A stretch of DNA of 64,000 nucleotides from Macrostomum lignano (lineage: Eukaryota), in NCBI GenBank assembly GCA_002269645.1, contig NIVC01000024.1:620001-684000 (forward strand), given 5' to 3'. The notes below the pieces were generated by a model, which saw only the letters and a list, made by a program, of their open reading frames with translations, did not search any database and was not told the DNA's origin. This document shows positions 1-14,014 of the stretch, one piece after another (the first letter of the stretch is position 1; the number at the start of each line of letters is the position of its first letter). A program made the translations under genes and the position numbers.

Positions 1-39
1 CACTATGCCCTAATCTTTCTTCGCTCATCTGGCCTTTGA

Positions 40-1960
<1,921 letters not shown>

Positions 1961-3976
1961 CGATGCAGTGGTGCAGGAGTGGCCATGCAGGATGTCAACT
2001 CCTACAATTGTGGTCCGCGCAGCTTCATGCCAATTGCCATTAAGGACAACTAGAAGTTACAAAAAAAATAAAAAACAACGGTAACTTCTAGTGGTCCTTG
2101 CTTCCTGCTGGCTCAGGGCGAGTTGTGCAGGAGAGCTGCCTCATTGTTGGGAATACATAAATAAACTAAAATTAGCTCATAAAATTAATGTGGTCCCTAA
2201 TTATCCCCTTGCTTATTCTCCCCTATTCCAAGTCCAAATTTTGTCGGTTTTTGCCAAACCCAGCTTTCTGGTATCACTGTGAGCAGAATGATGTATCATT
2301 TGTGTACATAAGCGGCTCGGGCTCCATTTTTATGAGCTTATAAGTGTGGTTGACAGGCCCTAATGTATTTACAAGTCATTTACGTTTATATGATATAAAT
2401 TGTATTATATAAATCGAGAATAGCTAGATCACGCAAACTATTAGTACATATATCTGAATCTTATTGGTGATTGATTTGATAGGTGAGAGCATCGATCGGT
2501 GATGATTACTGAGGGCGATGTACATGCAACGCAGTACAAAGTACCAAGAGTCGTCACCAAAAACTCATAACAGTAAGAGTATATACAGTTAGAATAAAAA
2601 ATCAAAAATAAGTTTGCAGCTCTCACATTTCTTGCGAATTCACGTTGAAATTTTTGTTATAACGTTTATTAACAAAATTTTGCATTAACTTTCAATTAAA
2701 TTTGACTTTGTAACAAAGTTTCCTATTTCAAGATTATTTCTGAATTTTTTACAATGTCCATTCGGCATTCACCATAATAGACCATTTGACGAGCCAATGG
2801 ACTTCAAGTGAGAGCGTGAGTGCAATATTACACGAAGTCATTGACTTTAACTCGAAGTACGAGTACATAACATAGCACTTAAAACAACAAATAATAGCTA
2901 AAGCCTATAGTCATTTTGCTTTAGCTTTATCTTCCCTGAAGGCTGAGTTAACCACTCAATAGTTATAGTTGTGGGCATAAACCACACGAGCGCTAATGAA
3001 TGATACTCCCGAAAGTCTCCTTTTTTAATTTTGACGCTTCTACAATTCGTTTTTTTCAATCTCGCTAGTTATTCTTGGCAATAAAAATATTCTAATGACA
3101 GAATTATTACTATGAATGATTGTTATTATTATGATACTTAATCTATAATGGAATTTAGTTGCCTTACAGAATTATAGCTAATGGTTAACCTAATTTATGT
3201 CCTGTTTTAAAAAGGGGCCTATTTTGTGTGTCTTGGCCTAAGTTAATAGGCTTGTTATTTTCCACTTGTTTGATATTTTATGTATAATATTTTCTCTGTG
3301 CATATTTTATAGAATTCTTCTATTTGAAAAATTTTGCAGCCTTATGCTATACCTGGTTTTATTAATTTACCAAAAAGCTACTCTTAGTAAAATAAAAGTT
3401 GCATAAGTAAACTAAATTATAAAATGTATTATTTATATTTTCTATTGACTTTGATGCTTAACAGTATATGACATAGAATAGAAAAGATTGGGATCTCTAG
3501 CTCATATTTAATATATATTTATAGGTTCAAATTAATTTCCATGTAATTAATCCTACTTTAAGTTTTAAATTTAAACTTAAGCATATAAAATATGTCCCTT
3601 TTAAGAAGATTGCAATGGTATAAACTTTTAACATGTCTTATTAGCAAGTAATATTAAAATCAGGTATGAAAAAACTATGCAATTAAAGTATAAATTAGGC
3701 TTAAAAGATAGACCACTAATCTATAATATTATATTACACTTTTAGATAACATTAATCTATGAAGCCAATAGTCAAGTTTTGGGACTTAGTCTGTTTTGTT
3801 AGGAATTCTAGGCCCTATTAAGATGTTTAGCTAATAGACTTTAAAAAATTTTAACTGAGTATTTCGATAAGCTAAAAGTGGCAATTATTAGTTGATAATA
3901 GGGCTTAAAATCCATTAAATTGAAAGATTTCACTGCAAGTTTGTCAAATTGATAATATAAAATTTATGCCGCTAAG

Positions 3977-4729
3977 ATGGAATCAAGGGCAAAGGAGTTC
4001 TGGAAACCAGAATGGAAAATAAAGGATGAATTCACGCAAAGAACGAATGAAAAAATTGACCAAAATGAGACAATGAACTCAACTGACACAGTGATTCTTG
4101 AAGGTCGCGAGTTCGCCGTTCATCCCGGCGTTTTCTCGCCATCAATTTTCATCGGGTCGAAATTTTTGTGCAACAAGCTGTGCGAGTTCCTGCCGGACTC
4201 TGGCACCTTTCTTGAAATCGGCAGCGGCTGCGGTTGCGTGGCAGTTCTGGTGGCTCAGAATCGGCCTCGGCTTCGCATATTTGCCGTCGACATCAGTCAG
4301 AGTGCGTTGGAGAACACGCTGGAGAATCTGAAGCGTCACCGACTCACTGACAGGGTGAAGGTCACCCAGAGTGACGTCATGGACGCCTTCGTTGACGCGG
4401 GAGAAGTCGAGAAGTTTGACTGCGTCTTCTGGAACTATCCGTTTCATCACACAGACAAGTCGATCGGTCAGCTGACAATGACCGAACGCGCCATTCGCGA
4501 TCCGAACTACGCCTGCCTGCACAAACTGTTTGATCAGGCCAGCCAACTAGTGTCGCCTGGCGGGAAAGTCCTGATCGGATTTTCTATTAAAATGGGCATT
4601 GTCGAGGCTCTGGTAGCCATAGCTAGGCATTACGGTTGGCAAACGCAAGAGAAAGCAAACGGGCTTGACTTTGAAGGAGAGAAGACTTCGATGGCCATCT
4701 TTGAGTGCGTTCGGTTCAATGACGCTTGA
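3977..4729 (+). CDS. Class I SAM-dependent methyltransferase (MTS/PrmC-HemK-like), intronless, 250 aa
   Basis: Clean ATG-to-TGA ORF. Motif I FLEIGSGCG, acidic motif VDISQSAL, SDVMDAF, motif IV FDCVFWNYPF (NPPY-like), and LVSPGGKVLIGF. Confidence 0.9.
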   Translation: MESRAKEFWKPEWKIKDEFTQRTNEKIDQNETMNSTDTVILEGREFAVHPGVFSPSIFIGSKFLCNKLCEFLPDSGTFLEIGSGCGCVAVLVAQNRPRLRIFAVDISQSALENTLENLKRHRLTDRVKVTQSDVMDAFVDAGEVEKFDCVFWNYPFHHTDKSIGQLTMTERAIRDPNYACLHKLFDQASQLVSPGGKVLIGFSIKMGIVEALVAIARHYGWQTQEKANGLDFEGEKTSMAIFECVRFNDA

Positions 4730-5271
4730 TGACTAACGAATGGAGAATTCACTAGTGACGAGACAGTGAGCATAAACTGGCCCTATCTATTAGCAATAGT
4801 ATAGTTATAGTAGTATTTTACAGCCAAGTATATTTTTTAAACTTTTTTATTTGACAGACAGTGAGGAAAAGCACTTCAACTCAATGTTGTCAAGAGTTGC
4901 CAATGTCTTGTCATTTTTTATCATCTTTACACCTTCAAAGCTACCGGTTGCTTTTGGTGCTGTAAAGGATACAGTAATACAGGTTTGAGTTTGTTTTGAG
5001 CACTGGTCACGCTCATAGAAAATCTTGAGTCCATGGAAACCCATGTTAATTAACTTCTAAGAGTTAAATTTCTTTATAAGAGTCTTCTATGAAAATGAAT
5101 CCAATTATGACAAGTCTTAGTCAACTTTGCTGTCAAAATCTATACAAGATTTTCCTTATATAAATTTTTTTTTTATTTTGACACATTGTCAACTATTTTC
5201 GATGCACACGTACAGCAACGGGACTAAAATTTTACGTAATTACAACCTACATAGCAATACAGAGTCTTGAT

Positions 5272-5346
5272 GTTCTCCACCTGAGCGTCGGTGAACAACA
5301 GCAGGTAGCAGTCTCTCAGCTTGCTATTGTACAGCACGTACCTGCT
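5272..5346 (-). pseudogene. Fragment of a paralog of the C-type lectin/PAN gene (3' portion), inverted
   Basis: The reverse complement reads YVLYNSKLRDCYLLLFTDAQVE versus HVLYNSKLRACRLLLFTDAQVE at ~7378-7443. The flanks do not continue the homology. Confidence 0.75.
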
Positions 5347-6102
5347 GTAACGCAGTGCGTTTTTGCTAAAATCGATCACACATACCGACAGACCATTTTT
5401 AGTATATTGGACTAGCAATCAGCGTCCATCGTTGAGGAGACAAGATTTAATGGAATAATTGTTTTAATCTTTGAGTCTTTGCATCTGCAGCAATTCATCT
5501 AAAATACAACAGAGTATACTGTTTCGGATGCTAAATTAAAGAAGTGATCATCTTCACTTGCCCCGGATCAAATGCAGTCGTTGATTTTGTGATTAAAAAA
5601 TTATTTCCATCCCTAATCTTCGCAGTTTAGCTATTTTTTTAGGAAATTGGCCTCCAAAAACTTACACGATCTTAAAAGTTTTTTGTCCTGTTATACTACA
5701 GTAAAATAACCATCAGCCAGGAGGTTGTTGTCACCAAACCATCCAGATATTGTCTAAACTGACTGATACAGACAGAATTGCATGCTTATTTAGCAACTGA
5801 AAGCTAGTAGCGACTCTCGTCAAACCCAGTCAACGGAAGAAGGTGGACGGGCAAGCGAGTCAACAGATCCGGTTTTCGATTCCGCGCTTGCATAGACTCC
5901 AAAACCAACATGAGCTGATATAGCGGACTGGCTGAAAGGCGGGAAAACCTACATGTATTTAAGGTGGAAAGGAAGTCAGGCGGCGCGAAGTATAGTCAAC
6001 AGTCACCCAGCAAAGCTGACAAATCATTTTTGGAAGCAAGCAAAGCATGTTTCCTGCGAGTTCACTCATTTCCGGAAAAAATTACTAGCATTAGAATTCG
6101 GT

Positions 6103-6185
6103 ATGAGGCTGCAGCAGTCCCTGGACCTGCTGTCGTGTCCCCGCACCGTTTCACACCCCTGCAGGCTGGTCTGTGCCTGTTCACA
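6103..6185 (+). pseudogene. Frameshifted fragment resembling the 5' part of the C-type lectin gene
   Basis: ctgcagcagtccctggacctgctgtcgtgtccccgcaccgtttcacacccctgcaggctgg aligns with ctgcagtcgcagggcctgccgtgtcccgcaccgttcaccatgcaggctgg at ~6808-6858, with indels. Confidence 0.6.
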
Positions 6186-6562
6186 CCGTTGTTTGCGGGT
6201 GGTTCGGTTGAATCACTTCTTTAAATCGATTTTTTTTGCTCCGTCGACAACCTTTAATCCATAAATTGATCCCATTAGCTCGTAAATAATGCTTTTATAG
6301 GTTTTATTATTTCACAGGTAGACATGCATGCAGAGACAGAGGCTTTTCTTGTTTACAGAGGTTGCTTGAGCGTCTGCAGCGTCTCCCAGTCTCAAATGCT
6401 CGCAACCACATTAATGTGCAAACTTGAACAGCCTCAGCTTCTGGGTACTGCACTGCTTGGAGTGTAAGTTAAGTTAGAGCCAAGCTTTGATTAGTCAGGC
6501 GGGACAGACAGATTCCGATTCGAGAGAGAAGCCTCAATGCTACTAGATGGACTTGAGCGTTA

Positions 6563-6606
6563 AGCCAATGATGGGAGCAGTCAGAGGTACAAGATCGGCT
6601 ATTTAA
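6563..6606 (+). promoter_or_regulatory. Possible CCAAT and TATA-like core promoter of the lectin gene
   Basis: agccaatga at ~6563 and tatttaag at ~6600, about 160 nt upstream of the ATG. Motif match only. Confidence 0.3.
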
Positions 6607-6763
6607 GATACGCCTGACGCTGGCTGAATGCGTCTTAATTCATTGTAGAGACGCCACAGTTTTGCACCTTGAGCATTGGTAACGTTTGCCCCGGGAGTGG
6701 AACTATTTTCTAATTAGGAAAACAGCAGAAGAGCACCCAATCTATAATTTGTGAGCGTCAATA

Positions 6764-7492
6764 ATGCAGCCATTGCTGCTGCTGCTGCTCCTACTGAGAT
6801 GCCAGCTGCTGCAGTCGCAGGGCCTGCCGTGTCCCGCACCGTTCACCATGCAGGCTGGACGGTGTTTTTTTGTGAGCACAGCTCACAACAACAGCTGGTG
6901 CTCAGCCAATCGGCAGTGCGCATCGATCGGAGGCGAGCTCGTCAACTCGCACAGCTCCATCCAGAAGTTTCGAAAAGGGAGAATCCGCGATGCCAACTGT
7001 AGCTGCGACCTGTGGGTCGGGCTGAGTGACCTGGCTGATGAGAGAAACCGGAACAGAGCCGGCTGGCAGAGGGTCAACCGACACGGCATCTTCCCGGAGG
7101 ACGGCAGCCTGTTTAGGAACAATGAGCCGAATGGCGGAGTTATCGCCAACTGCCTCCGACTGCACAACGGCAGTTACTTGGCTGACAAAAGTTGCAAATC
7201 GAACTTCGGGTTCGCCTGCGAGCTCACGGCCGGTGCCCGACCACCGACTGCCGGCGTCTGGACGCCTACCGCCTTCAATCGCCAGAGCTTCAACTCCGAG
7301 TACTGCTTCACCGATGTGCTGAATGTGAGCAGCTCTTTTGAATGCGTTGCAGCCGCTATGATTGACGGCAGCTGCAGACACGTGCTGTACAACAGCAAGC
7401 TGAGAGCCTGCCGCCTGCTGCTGTTCACCGACGCTCAGGTGGAGGCGGAGATCGAGACGAGCGCCGACTGGGTCAAACTGCAACTGGTCTAA
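6764..7492 (+). CDS. Secreted C-type lectin domain protein with C-terminal PAN/apple-like domain, intronless, 242 aa
   Basis: Leu-rich signal peptide. CTLD with CPAPF..GRCF, W..A...C, LWVGLSD, EPN motif, CL and C..NFGFACE. A second Cys-containing module follows (ECVAAA...CRHVLYNSKLRACRL). Confidence 0.9.
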   Translation: MQPLLLLLLLLRCQLLQSQGLPCPAPFTMQAGRCFFVSTAHNNSWCSANRQCASIGGELVNSHSSIQKFRKGRIRDANCSCDLWVGLSDLADERNRNRAGWQRVNRHGIFPEDGSLFRNNEPNGGVIANCLRLHNGSYLADKSCKSNFGFACELTAGARPPTAGVWTPTAFNRQSFNSEYCFTDVLNVSSSFECVAAAMIDGSCRHVLYNSKLRACRLLLFTDAQVEAEIETSADWVKLQLV

Positions 7493-8053
7493 CATTACTG
7501 CTTGGATTTTCCTTTTGAAAAAATATTTAAGATCTTATCGATTCGCAAATCGACTTACAAAAAGACACGAATAAAACGGCGTTTGCACGAAACGGATGTG
7601 CAACTAGAGAACAAGGACGATCGGAAATTTTCGGCAAAGTTTCAGCTCTTCCTGTCTCTCTATTGTACTTTTCTAGCGAGGAATTATTCTATGGCAAAAC
7701 TCCATCCAGCTCTGTTTAGAAAACGCAACTGTACATGTCATACAAGTTAAGTCAACGTATAAAATTCAGATAGGTAGAGGTGACGTGTATGCAAAAAAGT
7801 AGGACAGCAAATTAAATAACGCACAGCGACACACTATCACTGCTTTGCTCTAAACTGTTGAAAATATCAACGGCGAACCAACAGCGCTGATTACGAGCAC
7901 AGATACCACGAAAGATTAGTAGTGAGCTCGAACTAAGCTGAGACTCGGACTTATAAGGTTTTTCGTAGCCTTTAATTCGAGCTTTCAAGTGAGAAGTGTT
8001 TTCAAACTGCAATCACAGTACATGGTGAACAGCTGCAGGTGCACAATAATCGC

Positions 8054-11000
8054 ATGGCTCTGGAACGTACCAGCAACAGCTTCCACTGGGCAGACTACGT
8101 CATCCTAGTCTTGTCGTTGCTCATTTCGTGCTCAGTGGGGATCTACTTTGCCTTGTCGGGTGGCAAGCAGAAGACAACAGCCGAGTATCTCATGGGAGAT
8201 CGCAGCATGAGACTGGTGCCAGTGTCTGTGTCTCTGGTGGCCAGCTTCCTGTCCGCCATCCTCATCCTGGGCCATCCGGCCGAGATCTACCTGAACGGCA
8301 TTGGGTTTCACTTTCACCTGATCGGCGCAACCATTGCGTACCTGACGACAGCGTTTCTGTTCGTTGGACTGTTCTATCAGCTGCGAATAACCAGCGCCTT
8401 CGAGGTAACTGGAGGCATTTTTTGATAAAGCTGTTTGTAGTTATTTCGTGCGGGTCTGCGACTGTCGCAATTTGATTGCCAGTGACAATTTGACTGTCAG
8501 TGACAATTGACTGTCAGTTGACAATTCACTGTCAGGTGACAATTCACTGTCAGGTGACAATTCACTGTCAGTGACAATTGACTGTCAGTAACAATTGACT
8601 GTCAGTGACAATTGACTGTCAGTGACAATTGACTGTCAGTGACAATTGACTTTCAGGTGACAATTGACTGTCAGTGACAATTGACTGTCAGGTGACAATT
8701 GACTGTCAGTGACAATTGAGGTGACAATTGCCTGTCAGTGACAATTGACTGTCAGTGACAATTGACTGTCAGGGGAAAATTTGACTGTCAGTGACAATTG
8801 ACGGTATCCTACGCCTTTTCGTATGTCACGGATTTCTGCTACAGACACTATCGCACTGCTCAAACCAAACCCATCTCAAACACTCAAACCAGTATCTGGA
8901 GCAGAGATTCCAATCTAAGCTGGTGCGCTGCATCGGGACCCTCCTGAATTTGGTCATCATGGTAAGTCATAGCGAGTTGGTACAATTAATAAAATCGAAT
9001 TTGCTGTACTAACTGATTAAAACAAGATGCATTTCAGATCATGTACGCCGGGAGTGCCATATTTGCACCATGCACAGCCACTGAGAGAGGTAACAAAATT
9101 ATTCGGCACCTATTTTATGAATCTATATTAGAGGAATTAAAAACAAAACATGCAAGGACTACTCAAGTAGCATATACAGGATGCAACACTCGATATCTGT
9201 GGTAAATGTTTTGAAGGCAACTTTTCGCCGAAAATACACTACGGAGATAGGAAATATCACGATTTTCAACACTAAAACAGTGATTGGGTCTCTTAACAGT
9301 GTCAGAGAAAGTTCTAATCACACTATTCTGTGCCTCACATGCTGCTCTAATGACGCATTAATCGATTTTTCATGTTAAATTGGTCTCGTCATTATTTTTA
9401 AAGTTTTCTCAAATGAAGCTTTATGAATATCGATAGAGCTATAAGAAAGGCACAACATATCAAAAGATGAACACTGGATCTGCCTCCTATCCAAAGCAAT
9501 AACAATTTTTATGCTGAAAAAATTAAAACCTCCTATCTCTGTAGTGTATTTATAGATTTCGAGTGTTGCGTCCTTTTACTTAAGTTGTCCTTGTACATGT
9601 GAAAGTCAACAGTCAAGGATGGTAGAGAAGTTGGATGGAGAAGAATGAAGGGAGAAAAGCTCACGGATAGGAAGAGTGCACGGATGGGGAAGGAATGGAA
9701 AAGTGGACAGTGTGTTCAGAATACAGGGGAGCAAGAGCATCTCCCAGCGGCCCATTCTCCACTGCAACCACTTGCAGTCACGGACAGCGCAGTCCGTCGC
9801 GAGTACGTGATAGCCGCCTGCGGCATAATCGGCACTTTTTACACTCTGCTCGGCGGCATGAAGGCGGTGGTGTGGGTTGACGCCATTCAAGCTGGCATCA
9901 TGCTGGCTGGCACTGTGGCGGTTGCTGTCAAGGTGATCAACTACCTGAGTCTCCACGGTCTTTTAGTATTGTGACATGAGCAGAGTTGGAAATGAAGATT
10001 TGAGCTTGTGAATATTGGAGCTTGTGAAGATTGGGCTTGCGAAGATTGTAACCTGTGAAGATTGAGGCTTGTGAAGATTGAGGCTTGTGAATATTGGAGC
10101 TTGTGAAGATTGAGGCTTGTGAATATTGGAGCTTGTGAAGATTGGAGCTTGTGAAGATTGGAGCTTGTGAAGATTGGAGCTTGTGAAGATTGGGGCTTGT
10201 GAAGATTGGAGCTTGTGAAGATTGGGGCTTGTGAAGATTGGAGCTTGTGAAGATTGGGGCTTGTGAAGATTGGAGCTTGTGAAGATTGGAGCTTGTGAAG
10301 ATTGGGCTTGTGAAGATTGGGGCTTGTGAAGATTAGAGCTTGGGAAGATTGTAGGTTGTGAAGATTGGAGCTTGTGAAGATCGGAGCTTGTGAAGATTGT
10401 AAGTTGTGAAGATTGGACCTGTGAAGATTGGGCTTGTGAAGATTGAAGCTTGTGAAGATTGAAGCTTGTGAAGATTGAAGCTTGTGAAGATTGGAGCTTG
10501 TGAAGATAGGAGCTTGTGAAGATTGGGGCCTCTGAAGTCTCGTGCTTGTAAAGTTTAGAAATTCACCAGCAGATGTCCCGAGCATTCTCTTTACAGTTTT
10601 CTTTCATATCCCTCAGGCCGTGGTTGATTCAGGCGGGTTTGGCCAAATGTGGCAGCTGAACATGGACTACGGCAGGCTGCAGTTGCCACCGCTGACTGCG
10701 GACCCGAGGGAGCGCCACTCGCTGTGGGGCATGATCTTCGGCCAGGCGATGTACTGGCTGATTCAGGTGGCCGTTAGTCAGCCGTCTGTGCAGCGGTACT
10801 GCTCACTGCCAAGTCTCCGAGCTGCTAAGTTGTGAGAACTGATGAGCTCTTTGAGCTTCTTGTCGGTGTCTAAGGCTTGTAGCCCAGTGGTAAGAGCGTC
10901 GGGTTCACGACTGGAAGGTCGGGGGTTCGATTCTCAACCTACTCGGAACAACTTGTGTCTTTAAGCTTAACTCTGCATTGCTTCAGTTCACCCAGCTGTA

Positions 11001-11160
11001 AAATGGGTGCCAGCATTAGCTGGGGTAATTGAGGCTGTGTGTGGCGACCCCCCCCCCAGTCCTTGGACTGAACAGCCGTACGCAGCCTTCAGATGCGCCG
11101 CGCAATAGCTGCGGCTGAGATGTCGGTTGCACATCTGGCACATTGGGACAGGCGTAATCA

Positions 11161-11191
<31 letters not shown>

Positions 11192-14014
11192 TTTTATTGT
11201 TTCTAGGAATATTTGAAGGCTTGAGATTCAAGGTTAATGGGATAAAAGAAACAGCCTGTTTATCGGTTTTCTGTGTGGCTGTTTCATTCCTTTAACTACA
11301 TGGCTGTCTGTCGAAAGAACAATTTCATATTGAGTTTATAGTCAACAAGTACCTGCGCTTTAAAAAATCAATAAGAGCAAGGCTCGCTTGTATTGAAAAT
11401 CATCACATTATGTAGATAAACTAAATAATCAAAAACATGCTTCTTAAAACAACCCAGCTCCCTTAATAAACGCGCGAACTCCTAAGTAGACTGTCAATAA
11501 ACACACCTTCTTGATTAGTACACCTTAATGATTACAACAAAATCTAAACACGCCTGAATATAAACACAAATAAATAAATACACACGTAAATTTAAACACA
11601 ACAAAATATAAACACATTTGAATATAAACACAACAAAATATAAACACATTTGAATATAAACACAATTTAAACGCACCTAAAAGGCACAACTCCGTGATAA
11701 ACAACCCCAGCAACGCCATCCCGCAGGAGCGTGGTGTTCGGCCTCGTCGGCCACTGGATCATGGTCAGCGTGTGCACCCTGGTGGGGCTGGCGATCTTCG
11801 GCCGCTACGCCTCCGTGGCCTGCGACATTCACGCGGCAGGCTGGGCGGACACCAACCAGATCGTCACCTACTACGTGATGGAGCGCATGAGCGTACCCGG
11901 ATTTCCGGGTTTGTTCACGGCCGCTCTGCTGGCTGCCGCTCTGTCGTCAGTGTCCTCGTCGCTGAGCTCCGTGTCCACCATCGCCTGGACCGACCTGCTG
12001 CGGCCGTACGCGTGCAAGAAGGTGACCGACGGTGCACCTTGGCAACCGATCTGCTATATTGTTTATAAAGTTATCCTATATATTGTTTAAAACCTCCCCT
12101 GCCAGCACCAAACCTAAACGAAAGCCTACACCAATATCTACTAAACCTACACCAGAACCTACTAGACCTACACCAGAACCTACTAGACCTACACCAGAAC
12201 CTACTAGACCTACACCAGAACCTACTAGACCTACACCAGAACCTACTAGACCTACACCAGAACCTACTAGACCTACACCAGAACCTACTAGACCTACACC
12301 AGAACCTACTAGACCTACACCAGAACCTACTAGACCTACACCAGAACCTACTAGACCTACACCAAAACCTTCCAGCTGCCAGAATCCCGGGCTACACTGG
12401 TTGCCAAGTCGCTGGTAGCCGCAGCCGGTCTCCTCAGCACGGCGGTGGCGTACATCGTGGCCCAGTTAGGCGGCACCATCATCCAGGCGGTGACCACATT
12501 CCTAGGCGCGGCGGCGGGCCCCAGCGTCGGCTTGTTCCTTCTTGGCTGCCTGTTCCCTTGCGCCAACTGGCTCGGGGCCGCGGTGGGCCCCCTGGTGGGC
12601 CTGGCCTGCTCCATGTGGATCGGCATCGGGGCCTACAGTATCAGCAGGGAGAATGTGAGACTGCCCGCCAATATCACCGGCTGCCAGTTGGAACAGCAGT
12701 TCTCTACTACCGATACTACTGCTGCTAGTAGTATCATGACGAGCAGCCTGGACTGGGGCAGCACAGAGGGAGGATTGACTGAGAAGTCTTCAAGCGGGTG
12801 AGCCTGTAGATGCCAACCTGCAGACGGAGAAGCTGTGTGAGTGTGAGCTGGGGAAGTGTGAGCTGTGTGAAGGGTGTGAACTGTGTGAAAGGAGTGTGAG
12901 CTGTGTGAACGGAGTTGTCGGGGGAGGGTGTGGTGAGTCAGGGAGAGTGTGGGGTCCAGGAGGGTTTGAAGAGTCGGGGAGGGTGTGGTGAGTCAGGGAG
13001 AGTGTGGGGAGTCCAGGAGGGTTTGGGGAGTCGGGGAGGGCGTGGGAGTTTGGGAGGGTGTGGGGAGGCAGGGGGTGGTTAGTCGTGGAGTGTGTTGGGA
13101 GGCAGGGAGTGTTTGGTGGAAGTCCGTGAGGGCTTGGGGAGTCCGGGAGGGTGTGGGGAGAGAGAGTGCGGGGAGGCGGGGAGGGTGTGGAGAGGTGGGG
13201 AGGTTATGGGGAGTTGGTGAGGGTGTGAGGAGTTAGGGAGGATATGGGGATGCAGGGGGGTGGGGAGTCGGGGAGGGTGTGGGGAGGCAGGGGGTGGGGA
13301 GTCGGGGAGGGTATGGTGAGGCAGGGGATGGGGAGTCGGGGAGGGTGTGGGGTATCGGAGAGGGTGTGGGGAGGCAGGGGGGTGGTTAGTCGGAGAGGGC
13401 GTGGGGAGGCAGGGGGTGGTTAGTCGGAGAGGGCGTGGGGAGGCAGGGGGTGGGGAGTCGGGGAGGGTGTAGGGAGGCAGGGGGTGGTTAGTCGGAGAGG
13501 GTGTGGGAATGTTAAAATGGAATCAGTGGGAAACGCCAGAACAAATCACAAACGCACCAAATTCACCCAGGTTTCTTCAAGAGTACATCTACACAATCAG
13601 CTACGTGTGGACCCCAGTCGTGGGTGTTCTGGTCACAGTGTCTGTTGGACTTGTCTGCAGCTGCTTGAGTAAGTGCTGCAGATACTACTCATACTTAGTA
13701 GCAGGCATCTTCATCCCAATCCAGCCTCATTTCCTGTCTCTGCCGTCATTAAAGCCCGGCGCAGCTCGTGGCTGAAGTGCGGCATCGAGCCGATAAAAGT
13801 ACAACGCCGACATCTGCTGGCCGGCGTGGCTCGCCTGTACGAGGCGGCGGGCTGCGGAGGCTGCTTGGCGAAGGATGAGGCGGCGGGGGTGGGCAATCAG
13901 GAGGCTGAGGATGGCAACCTGGAGAAAAGAAGGAGCAAGTCTGCGGTGGGAGCTCGGGTTCATGTAAGCAGCTGGTTGCGGTTGATGTTATTGATGTTAT
14001 ATGATCATCGCTGA
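8054..14014 (+). CDS. Sodium:solute symporter, SLC5A8/A12/A6-like (SMCT/SMVT group), multi-exon
   Basis: GT-AG exons join in frame: 8054-8404, 8893-8961, 9038-9089, 9778-9932, 10617-10831, 11727-~12021, ~12376-12797, 13571-13668, ~13725-14014. Boundaries of exons 6/7 and the last exon are uncertain. SSS motifs: [94 protein letters not shown]. Confidence 0.9.
8481..8802. repeat. ~17-bp near-palindromic minisatellite (gtgacaattgactgtca) in SLC5 intron 1
   Basis: Tandem units are directly visible. Confidence 0.95.
9994..10530. repeat. ~16-bp minisatellite (gaagattggagcttgt) in an SLC5 intron
   Basis: Tandem units are directly visible. Confidence 0.95.
10875..11190 (+). mobile_element. tRNA-derived SINE (family A) with CORE-like central domain and (ATT)n tail
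   Basis: Box A tagcccagtggtaagagc, box B ggttcgattc, central cagttcacccagctgtaaaatggg, and an (ATT)n tail. A second copy lies inverted at 53244-53557. Confidence 0.85.
12130..12365. repeat. 21-bp near-perfect minisatellite (cctacaccagaacctactaga) in an SLC5 intron
   Basis: About 11 units that end just before the acceptor. Confidence 0.95.
12835..13505. repeat. G-rich degenerate tandem repeat (ggggagtcggggagggtgtggggaggca) in an SLC5 intron
   Basis: Recurrent G-runs are directly visible. Confidence 0.9.

Noticed and set aside
10875-10950. Functional tRNA gene (also 50484-50556 and 53485-53557)
   Set aside because: Box A and box B are present, but the acceptor stems are not clearly formed and each continues into a SINE body and tail.
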